Part shown: piece after piece, positions 26,910-34,410 of the stretch
How the letters are laid out: every line of letters begins with the position of its first letter
How positions within the stretch are numbered: position 1 is the first letter of the stretch
NCBI GenBank assembly: GCA_900547835.1
Contig: URIJ01000001.1
Coordinates: forward strand, 1-44,610
DNA: 44,610 nucleotides
Origin: an uncultured Collinsella sp.
GTDB taxonomy: Bacteria > Actinomycetota > Coriobacteriia > Coriobacteriales > Coriobacteriaceae
Direction: 5' to 3'
Program-made: the position numbers and the translations under genes
The notes under the pieces: model-generated
Told to the model about the DNA's origin: nothing
The model's input: only the letters and a program-made list of their open reading frames with translations
The model's database searches: none

Positions 26910-28367
26910 ATGAGCGATAGCCAGAACATGTCCGATGAGGTGCGCGCCCGCCTGCGCGCCATTCCTTCCGTCAACGAGCTGCTTGCCGAGTGGCCGGTGG
27001 TGAAGGCGGCGGGGGAGACCTGCGACGCGGTGGTGCATGCCGCCGTCATGGCCGAGCTCGACGAGGAGCGCGCCGCGATTCGTGCCGGCGCCGATCCGCG
27101 CTCCAAGCGCGAGCTGGCATCGGCCATCGAGTGGCGTGCGCATCGCTCCGCACTGCCGAGCCTGCGTCCCGCCGTCAACGCCACGGGTGTTGTTATCCAT
27201 ACCAATCTGGGCCGAGCCCCGCTCGCGGAGTCGGCCGCCAAGGCCGTGGCCGAGGTCGCGCGCGGCTACAGCACACTCGAGTACAGCGTGGACACCTGTT
27301 CGCGCGGGTCGCGCAAGGAGCATGCCGCGCAGCTGATTCGCTCGCTCACCGGTGCCGAGGACGCGCTCGTGGTCAACAACAACGCCGCCGCGGTGCTGCT
27401 GGTGCTGGCGACCCATGCCGCAGGCAAAGAGGTCATCGTCAGCCGCGGCGAGCTTGTCGAGATTGGCGGCAGCTTCCGCATCCCCGATGTCATGGCGGCC
27501 TCGGGCGCCAAACTCGTCGAGGTCGGCGCCACCAACCGCACACATCTGGGCGACTACGAGCGCGCCATCACGCCCGAAACGGCCATGATCTTGAAGGTCC
27601 ATCCTTCCAACTATCGCATCGAGGGTTTTCACGAGGAAGTGAGCTCAAGGGAGCTCGCCGCACTGGCCCATAAGCATTGCCTGCTGTTCTATGAAGACCA
27701 GGGCTCAGGGGCGCTGTTGCCTGACGACATCCTGGTTCGCGGCGGCGAGGAAACCACGCCGGCTTCGGTTTCGGCAGGGCTCGATTTGGTGTCGTGCTCG
27801 GGCGATAAATTGCTCGGTGCCGCACAGGCGGGCATCATCATGGGCCGTCGTGACCCGGTCCAGGCCTGTGGGTCGCATCCGCTTATGCGCGCCCTGCGCC
27901 CGGGCAAGTTGGCGCTCACGGCGCTCGAGGCCACGCTGCGCATCTACATGGACGGTGCCGATGTTGCCCATCGCGATATTCCGGTGCTCAGCATGCTCAC
28001 GCTTCCGCAGGCTCATTTGGAGCGACGTGCCCGCAAGCTGCGCGATCGTATGGTCGCCGGGCTCGATAAGGCCGGTTGCCCGTGCGCCGTTGAGTTGGAG
28101 ATTGTCGAGGAATCGTCGACCCCCGGTGGCGGCTCGCTGCCTACCGTGGAGCTGCCCACGATGTGCGTTGCCGTGCGTCTTGTTGACGAGCGCCTGACGG
28201 TTGACGCGCTCAAGCGCTCGCTTGTCCAGGACTTCGACACACCGGTCGTCACACGAACCTCGCACGATCGCATTTTGTTTGACGTCCGTACGCTTGTGGG
28301 CGACCGCGATATCGAGACGGCGGCATCGACGCTCGTCGCGTGCGTTGAGAAGGCGATTGCTCAATGA
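26910..28367 (+). CDS. selA: L-seryl-tRNA(Sec) selenium transferase
   Basis: VNATGVVIHTNLGRAPL, VVNNNAAA, SRGELVEIGGSFRIP, VHPSNY, SGDKLLG, GGGSLP. Confidence 0.96.
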   Translation: MSDSQNMSDEVRARLRAIPSVNELLAEWPVVKAAGETCDAVVHAAVMAELDEERAAIRAGADPRSKRELASAIEWRAHRSALPSLRPAVNATGVVIHTNLGRAPLAESAAKAVAEVARGYSTLEYSVDTCSRGSRKEHAAQLIRSLTGAEDALVVNNNAAAVLLVLATHAAGKEVIVSRGELVEIGGSFRIPDVMAASGAKLVEVGATNRTHLGDYERAITPETAMILKVHPSNYRIEGFHEEVSSRELAALAHKHCLLFYEDQGSGALLPDDILVRGGEETTPASVSAGLDLVSCSGDKLLGAAQAGIIMGRRDPVQACGSHPLMRALRPGKLALTALEATLRIYMDGADVAHRDIPVLSMLTLPQAHLERRARKLRDRMVAGLDKAGCPCAVELEIVEESSTPGGGSLPTVELPTMCVAVRLVDERLTVDALKRSLVQDFDTPVVTRTSHDRILFDVRTLVGDRDIETAASTLVACVEKAIAQ

Positions 28368-30331
28368 GTGAGGTTCAGGCGCTGGTGGAGTGTCCCGTTA
28401 TCGTTGGCACGGCGGGTCACGTTGACCATGGTAAGTCGGCATTGATCGAGGCACTGACCGGCAAGAATCCCGACCGTCTGGAGGTCGAGCGCCGTCGCGG
28501 TATGACCGTGGAGCTGGGCTTTGGCGAGCTGGCGCTGCCGAGTGGCAAGATCGTCGGCCTGGTCGACGTGCCGGGCCACGCGCATTACTTGCGCGCCATG
28601 GTGCAGGGTGCCACGGGCATCGACGTGGTCGTGCTGGTGGATTCGGCCGTCGAGGGCGTGATGCCGCAGACCCGCGAGCACGTGCGTGTGCTGGAGCTGC
28701 TGGGCGTTACGCATATGGTGGTCGCGCTGACGATGTGCGACTTGGCCGATAACGAGATGACCGAGCTTGCCGAGCTCGATGTCGATGACTTTTTGTCGGG
28801 TACCGTGTTTGCGGACGCGCCGATCGTGCCTGTGTCGTCCAAGACAGGCGAGGGGATTGAAAGGCTGCTCGCCGTGCTCGACGAGCAGGTTGCCGCTTGC
28901 TGGGATGCCTGCCGTGCCCGTGCCGAGCTCACTGATGCCGCGCCGCGTCTACCGATTGACCGCTGCTTTACGATCAAGGGCGTCGGCACTGTCGTGACGG
29001 GAACGTTGCACGATGCGCCGGTTGCGGTGGGCGATGAGCTCGTCGCGCTGCCGTCGCGCACGGCCTGTCGCGTGCGTGGGATCCAAGTGCATGGCGACAC
29101 TCAGCAGGCGCTGCCCGGTCAGCGTGTGGCGCTCAACTTGGTGGGCGATGGCGTCGCCGCACTTGACCGCGGTGAGATGCTCGGCGTGGCGGGCCGCTTT
29201 GGCCAGACGATGCGCTTTATGATGACGTTTACGTATTTGGGTCGCGAGGGAGCCAAGCCGCGCGTGCTCGAGTCGGGCGCGCGTGTGCATGTGATGGCCG
29301 GCACGGCCGAGGTCGTCGGCCGCATCATGCTTTTGGAGGGCGAGGCCCCCATGGCGGTGGGCGAGACCCGTACCGTGCAGGTGCGCCTGGAGGAGCCGCT
29401 GCCGCTGCGTGCCGGAGACCGTGCCGTGGTGCTGTCGTATTCGCCCGTTATGCTCATTGGCGGCGGGCGCGTGCTGCTTTCGCGCTGCCGTCGTACGCGA
29501 GAGCTTTCGGCGGGGGAGCGCACGCTGCTTGCAGCGCTTGAGGCCGGCGATGCCGTCGCTGGTGTTGAGGCGTGGTTGGCGCTGCAGACGTTGCCGGTCG
29601 TGGCTGCCGACGTTGCCGCGGCGCTAGACCTTGTTTCCGGTGGGGCCGATGCCGCGCTGAACGAGTTGGTGGCGCGAGGTGCTGTGCGCGAGCTTGCGGG
29701 CTCGGGCGGTAGGCTGTATGTGAATGCTGCCGTGCTCGATGCCGCCATGGACGTGCTGGCGGCGACCCTGGCCGCTATGCACGCGGCGGCTCCCAAGGAG
29801 ACGGGCTTTACGCCCGGCGCCGTTGCCCATGCCGCCTGGCCCGCTGCTGATGATGGCGTTGCCGCGGCTCTGATTGCCGAGGGCTGCTCGCGCGGCGTGT
29901 GTGCCTCCGAGGGCGCCGAGGTATTCGATCCGCACTCCGCTGCCGCCGCGGCGCGTGTGGTGCGCGAGGCCTGCGAACGTATCGTTGCCTTGCTGGACGA
30001 AGCCGGCCTCGATGCACCGACGTTGCCCGAGGTGGGCGAGCAATTGCAGCTCGATCGCGACACCATGACGCGTGCCCTGCGCGAGCTTTCGCTCAACCGC
30101 TCTATCGTAAAGGTCGAGCGCGATGTGGCCCTGTCTGCAGCTGCTGAGGCCTGCGCGCGTGAGCTCGTCGCCTCTGCCATTGCCGACGCCGGTGGCGCTG
30201 CTACCACGAGCGTGCTGCGCGAGGCGCTGGGCGTGTCGCGCAAGCGTGCCATCAGCATCTTGGAACACCTGGATGCCGTGCGCTTCACGGTGCTCGACAA
30301 AGAAGCCGGCGGCCTGCGCTCCCTGCGCTAG
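28364..30331 (+). CDS. selB: Selenocysteine-specific translation elongation factor
   Basis: GTAGHVDHGKS, ERRRGMTVELGF, DVPGH, PIDRCFTIKGVGTVVTGT, C-terminal winged helix LGVSRKRAISILEHLD. Confidence 0.95.
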   Translation: MSEVQALVECPVIVGTAGHVDHGKSALIEALTGKNPDRLEVERRRGMTVELGFGELALPSGKIVGLVDVPGHAHYLRAMVQGATGIDVVVLVDSAVEGVMPQTREHVRVLELLGVTHMVVALTMCDLADNEMTELAELDVDDFLSGTVFADAPIVPVSSKTGEGIERLLAVLDEQVAACWDACRARAELTDAAPRLPIDRCFTIKGVGTVVTGTLHDAPVAVGDELVALPSRTACRVRGIQVHGDTQQALPGQRVALNLVGDGVAALDRGEMLGVAGRFGQTMRFMMTFTYLGREGAKPRVLESGARVHVMAGTAEVVGRIMLLEGEAPMAVGETRTVQVRLEEPLPLRAGDRAVVLSYSPVMLIGGGRVLLSRCRRTRELSAGERTLLAALEAGDAVAGVEAWLALQTLPVVAADVAAALDLVSGGADAALNELVARGAVRELAGSGGRLYVNAAVLDAAMDVLAATLAAMHAAAPKETGFTPGAVAHAAWPAADDGVAAALIAEGCSRGVCASEGAEVFDPHSAAAAARVVREACERIVALLDEAGLDAPTLPEVGEQLQLDRDTMTRALRELSLNRSIVKVERDVALSAAAEACARELVASAIADAGGAATTSVLREALGVSRKRAISILEHLDAVRFTVLDKEAGGLRSLR

Positions 30332-30343
30332 GCCACCCTTATC

Positions 30344-30410
30344 AGTTGCGGTGAAATAGTTCCTGTTTTTGGGGTCTTGCAGCCTAAACAAGAACTATTC
30401 CACCGCAACT
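30344..30410. repeat. Palindromic repeat copy 3 (solo) between selB and selC
   Basis: AGTTGCGGTGAAATAGTTCCTG-23 nt-CAAGAACTATTCCACCGCAACT. Confidence 0.92.
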
Positions 30411-30446
30411 TCTTGCTCGTCTTTTTGGGATGGGGCCTGTTTGGTT

Positions 30447-30455
30447 TGGTAAAAT
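30447..30455 (+). promoter_or_regulatory. Extended -10 promoter of selC
   Basis: TGGTAAAAT ending 12 nt before the tRNA-Sec 5' end. Confidence 0.5.
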
Positions 30456-30467
30456 ACCGGCGCACTT

Positions 30468-30564
30468 GGGAACGGATGGGCTCCGGTGGGCTCCGCGGTC
30501 CTCAAAACCGTTGCGAGGCGTGCAAAACGTCTTGGATGTGTTCGATTCACATACGTTCCCGCCA
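30468..30564 (+). tRNA. selC: tRNA-Sec(TCA)
   Basis: 97 nt; GGGAACG/CGTTCCC-GCCA acceptor, 6-bp D-stem with CGGT loop, anticodon arm GCGGT-CC TCA AA-ACCGT, long variable arm, ATGTG-TTCGATT-CACAT T-arm; directly downstream of selAB. Confidence 0.93.
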
Positions 30565-30718
30565 TACGCTACCAGCGCTTTTGTGCTCGCGGTCTTGCTG
30601 CGTGCCGCAAAGGCGCTGTTTTGTTTTTGCACGAGCTTTTCGTAGCGCCGCTATTTCGGCGGCGGTATTTAGCTTCGTGCACCGGGTTTCGAGCATGCCG
30701 ATGGAGGTGTTTTGCCGT

Positions 30719-31351
30719 ATGACTACCGTAAGACGTGCCGATCTTTCTTGTGTCGTCCAAGCGGGCGGGCTGTCCTCGCGCATGGGCTGTGATAAGGCTC
30801 GCATGGCGTTTTGCGGCGAGCCGCTCATCGAACGCGTGCTGGGTCGGCTGGCGCCAGTTGCCGGCGAGTTGGTCGTGACGACTTCGCGTCCCAGCGAGCT
30901 TTCCTACCTTGAGGAGCGCGCGTTTGGCGGCCTGGTGCCGCGAATAGTGTCGGACCTTGAGGGGCCGGCGGGCGCCATGCGCGGCATCGCGAGTTCGCTG
31001 ACTGCGGCCCGGCTGCCTCTCGTGGCGATCGTTGCCTGCGATATGCCGTTTGTCTCGCCGGAACTCATCGGCGCGCTTGCCGATCGTGTCGAGGCCGAGG
31101 CGCTCGACGTGTGCGTGCCGCGCGAGGAGCGGGGGATTGAGCCGCTTTGCGCCGTCTGGCGCCGTGACGCGTGTGCGCCGGTTGCCCAAGAGCTACTCGC
31201 CTGCGATCGCCAGCGCATTCGCTGCCTGATCAATCGCGTTCAGGCCGGTTATATGGATGAGCTGCAGATCGTTAAGGCCGCCGGCTCCACGCTCTGCTTC
31301 GAAAACGTCAATACGCCCGAGGAGTTTGCGGCGGCCGAGTTACTCGCCTAG
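30719..31351 (+). CDS. mobA: Molybdenum cofactor guanylyltransferase
   Basis: VQAGGLSSRMGCDKA, VACDMPF, EPLCAVW, FENVNTPEE; GGAGG RBS upstream. Confidence 0.9.
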   Translation: MTTVRRADLSCVVQAGGLSSRMGCDKARMAFCGEPLIERVLGRLAPVAGELVVTTSRPSELSYLEERAFGGLVPRIVSDLEGPAGAMRGIASSLTAARLPLVAIVACDMPFVSPELIGALADRVEAEALDVCVPREERGIEPLCAVWRRDACAPVAQELLACDRQRIRCLINRVQAGYMDELQIVKAAGSTLCFENVNTPEEFAAAELLA

Positions 31352-31366
31352 ACGATGGGAGTTGCC

Positions 31367-31762
31367 ATGCCTCACGATATCTGCCCCGATACCGGGGAAC
31401 CTTGCACTTGCGATGGGTCCGAGCCTTGTACTTGCGGCTGCGGAGGCTGCGGGCACACCGCGGAAGAGGAAGCGGCCGCCGCGGCGTATCGTGAGGCACA
31501 CCGCGAAGGCCCGTCCGGTGATGCCCTCGACCACGAACGCAAGATCATCGTGTCGTTCGACAGCACCTTCGATGTGATGGAATGCGAGCAACTGTGCCTT
31601 GCCGCCGGTGTGCCCGGGCGCATCATGCCGCTGCCCGGCTCCATCACCGCCGGCTGCGGCCTGTGCTGGGTCATGCCGTTCTCGGGCGATGCCCTCGCCG
31701 CCTTCCGCGCCGCCACCGAGGGCCGCGTAACCCCCGCCGACTACCACCAGCTCGTCCTCTAG
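31367..31762 (+). CDS. DUF3343 family protein with Cys-rich N-terminal extension
   Basis: MPHDICPDTGEPCTCDGSEPCTCGCGGCGH then IVSFDSTFDVMECE...PGRIMPLPGSITAGCGLCW. Confidence 0.75.
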   Translation: MPHDICPDTGEPCTCDGSEPCTCGCGGCGHTAEEEAAAAAYREAHREGPSGDALDHERKIIVSFDSTFDVMECEQLCLAAGVPGRIMPLPGSITAGCGLCWVMPFSGDALAAFRAATEGRVTPADYHQLVL

Positions 31763-31768
31763 CTACCA

Positions 31769-31807
31769 AAACCACCACAAAGGTGCCTGTCCCCTTTGTG
31801 GTGGTTT
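31769..31807. repeat. 15-bp perfect hairpin with GGTGCCTGTCCCC core (terminator or dispersed repeat)
   Basis: AAACCACCACAAAGG-TGCCTGTCC-CCTTTGTGGTGGTTT. Confidence 0.6.
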
Positions 31808-32018
31808 GGAACACGTGGACGAAACAGGTTTGAAACACGGGTTTTGCGCGTCAGACACTCAAAAACGCTTCTACCTGCATCGTAATCAAAACGAAACATC
31901 TGCTCGTCGGCTTATGCGAAACTTTGCTGCAACAGTGCGATATTATCCATACTCGATAAAGCTCGCGGCGCATAGGGTGCCGCGACCAACATTTTCGTTT
32001 CCCATCATTGGAGGAAGC

Positions 32019-33374
32019 ATGAGCTACACGCAGAAAGTTCTCGAAGAGCTCAAGGCCCGCTATCCCGAGCAGCCTGAGTTCATCCAGGCCGCGACCGAGA
32101 TCCTCGGCACCATCCAGCCGGCGCTCGACGCCCACCCCGAGTACGAGGAGGCCGCCCTGCTGGAGCGCCTCGTCGAGCCCGAGCGCATCGTCATGTTCCG
32201 TGTTCCCTGGGTCGACGACCAGGGCAAGGTTCAGGTCAACCGCGGCTATCGCGTCGAGTTCAACTCTGCCATTGGACCCTACAAGGGCGGCCTGCGCTTT
32301 AATCCGACGGTCACCCTGGGTATGCTCAAGTTCCTGGGTCTGGAGCAGATCCTCAAGAACAGCCTGACCACCCTTCCCATGGGCGGCGGCAAGGGCGGCT
32401 CCGACTTTGACCCCAAGGGCAAGTCCAACAACGAGATCATGCACTTCTGCCAGTCCTTCATGACCGAGCTCTATCGCCACATCGGCCCCAACACCGACGT
32501 TCCCGCCGGCGACCTGGGCGTTGGCGGCCGCGAGGTTGCCTACCTGTTCGGTCAGTACAAGCGCCTGACCAACGAGTGGACCGGCGTCCTCACCGGCAAG
32601 GGCCTCTCCTTTGGCGGCTCGCTCGCCCGTACCGAGGCCACCGGCTACGGCCTGGCCTACTTTGTGGACGAGTACCTCAAGAGCCGCGGCGACTCCTTCG
32701 AGGGCAAGAACGTCGTCGTTCATGGCTCCGGCAACGTCGCCATCTACGCCGTCCAGAAAGTCTCCCAGCTCGGCGGCAAGGTGCTGGCCTGCTCCGATAC
32801 CCACGGCTGGGTCGAGGATCCCGACGGCATCGACTACACCGTGCTCGAGCTCATCTACAACAAGAAGCGCTCCGGCCACGACAAGGGCGTTACGCTCGCT
32901 ATGTACGTTGACGAGAGGCCCAGCGCCGTGTGGCACGAGGGCGACGGCCGCGGCGTGTGGCAGCTGCCCTGCGACATCGCGCTGCCCTGCGCTCGCGAGA
33001 ACACGCTGCTGCTCGAGGACGCCCAGGCGCTCGTCGCCAACGGCTGCAAGGTGGTCGGCGAGGGCGCGAACATGCCCACGACCATCGAGGCCACGACCTA
33101 CTTCCAGGAGAACGGCGTCGCCTTTATGCCCGGCAAGGCTGCCAACGCCGGCGGCGTACTCGTATCCGGCCTGGAGATGAGCCAGAATGCCGAGCACCTG
33201 TCCTGGACCTTCGAGGAGGTCGACGGCAAGCTCGAGCAGCTCATGCGCGGCATGTTCCACAACGTGGACGACACCGCCAAGGAGTATGGCCAGGAGGGCA
33301 ACTTTGTCATGGGCGCCAACATCGCCGGCTTCCTGAAGGTCGCCGACGCCATGCTCGCCCAGGGCGTCTGCTAA
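32019..33374 (+). CDS. gdhA: NADP-specific glutamate dehydrogenase
   Basis: GPYKGGLRF, MGGGKGGSDFDPKGKS, DVPAGD, RTEATGYG, GSGNVA, EGANMP, PGKAANAGGV. Confidence 0.96.
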   Translation: MSYTQKVLEELKARYPEQPEFIQAATEILGTIQPALDAHPEYEEAALLERLVEPERIVMFRVPWVDDQGKVQVNRGYRVEFNSAIGPYKGGLRFNPTVTLGMLKFLGLEQILKNSLTTLPMGGGKGGSDFDPKGKSNNEIMHFCQSFMTELYRHIGPNTDVPAGDLGVGGREVAYLFGQYKRLTNEWTGVLTGKGLSFGGSLARTEATGYGLAYFVDEYLKSRGDSFEGKNVVVHGSGNVAIYAVQKVSQLGGKVLACSDTHGWVEDPDGIDYTVLELIYNKKRSGHDKGVTLAMYVDERPSAVWHEGDGRGVWQLPCDIALPCARENTLLLEDAQALVANGCKVVGEGANMPTTIEATTYFQENGVAFMPGKAANAGGVLVSGLEMSQNAEHLSWTFEEVDGKLEQLMRGMFHNVDDTAKEYGQEGNFVMGANIAGFLKVADAMLAQGVC

Positions 33375-33401
33375 ATCTTCGCTCGACATAGCATGTGATG
33401 A

Positions 33402-33433
33402 GGCTCCCAGCTATCCGGCTGGGAGCCTTTTTC
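33402..33433 (+). terminator. Intrinsic terminator after gdhA
   Basis: AGGCTCCCAGC-TATCCG-GCTGGGAGCCT followed by a T-run. Confidence 0.85.
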
Positions 33434-33507
33434 TATGGTGACGATGGCGGCGCCCCCTCGTTTGGTACACTTAAACGTACTGGACAAGTGGAGAGATGGG
33501 GGAGAAC

Positions 33508-34410
33508 GTGCTCAAGTTCGGTACCTACGTCCGTGTTGGAAACGCGGCCGAAGCCTATGAGCTCTTGCAGAAGAACCGCAACAACAAGATTGTGGGCGGC
33601 GGCATCTGGATGCGCCTGGGTTCGCGTCGTGTGGCGACGGCGATTGACCTTTCGGCCTGCGGACTCGATCAGATCGAGGAGACCGAGACCGAGTTTCGCA
33701 TCGGTGCCATGTGCACCCTGCGCCAGCTCGAGCGCCATGCCGGGCTCAACGCGCTTGTCAACCATGTCTTTGAGTTCGCCGTCCACGACATCGTGGGCGT
33801 GCAGCTGCGCAATACCGCCACGGTGGGCGGCAGCATCTACGGCCGTTTTGGTTTCTCGGACGTGCTCTCGGCCTTCCTGGCGCTCGATTCGTATGTTGAG
33901 CTGACGGGTGCCGGCCGCGTGCCGCTCGCGGAGTTCGTGCGGATGGGCTACGTTCGCGACGTGATCGAGCACGTCGTGGTCGTTAAGCACGACTACCGCG
34001 CGAGCTATGAGGCCGTGCGCAAGGCCGCGACCGACTTCCCCTCCTTAAACGTCACCGCCGCCTGGTGGGACAACAGCTGGCATGTCACCGTGGGTGCCCG
34101 TCCGCTGCGCGCGACCCTGCTGCAGGGCGCGGCGTGCGGCCTTACCAGCGAGCAGCCTTCCGAGGACGAGCTTCGCGCCCTTGCCGCATCCGTGCGCGCG
34201 CTGAGCTACGGCACCAACCTGTGGGGCTCGGCCGACTACCGCCGCTGCATCTCGGCCCCGCTTGCCGTGCAGGCCGTGCGCCGCGCCGCCGGCATTGAGC
34301 TTTCGGCCGCGCTTGCCCGCGAGCTCGAGACCGTGCAAGTGCCTAAGTTTGCCACGGACGAGTATTCCTGCCGCCGCGTGCCCGGCGTCGATTCTAGCGA
34401 GGTGCGCTAA
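33508..34410 (+). CDS. Xanthine dehydrogenase family FAD-binding subunit (YgfM/XdhB-like); GTG start preferred, ATG 33496 alternative
   Basis: IVGGGIW, IGAMCTL, QLRNTATVGG, GSADYR. Confidence 0.85.
   Translation: MLKFGTYVRVGNAAEAYELLQKNRNNKIVGGGIWMRLGSRRVATAIDLSACGLDQIEETETEFRIGAMCTLRQLERHAGLNALVNHVFEFAVHDIVGVQLRNTATVGGSIYGRFGFSDVLSAFLALDSYVELTGAGRVPLAEFVRMGYVRDVIEHVVVVKHDYRASYEAVRKAATDFPSLNVTAAWWDNSWHVTVGARPLRATLLQGAACGLTSEQPSEDELRALAASVRALSYGTNLWGSADYRRCISAPLAVQAVRRAAGIELSAALARELETVQVPKFATDEYSCRRVPGVDSSEVR

Noticed and set aside
30377..30718. Long N-terminal extension of MobA in the ORF track
   Set aside because: It overlaps repeat copy 3 and tRNA-Sec; the MobA motif and RBS support ATG 30719
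31806..32018. Extended N-terminus of GdhA
   Set aside because: AT-rich promoter-like region; GGAGG RBS and family homology support ATG 32019
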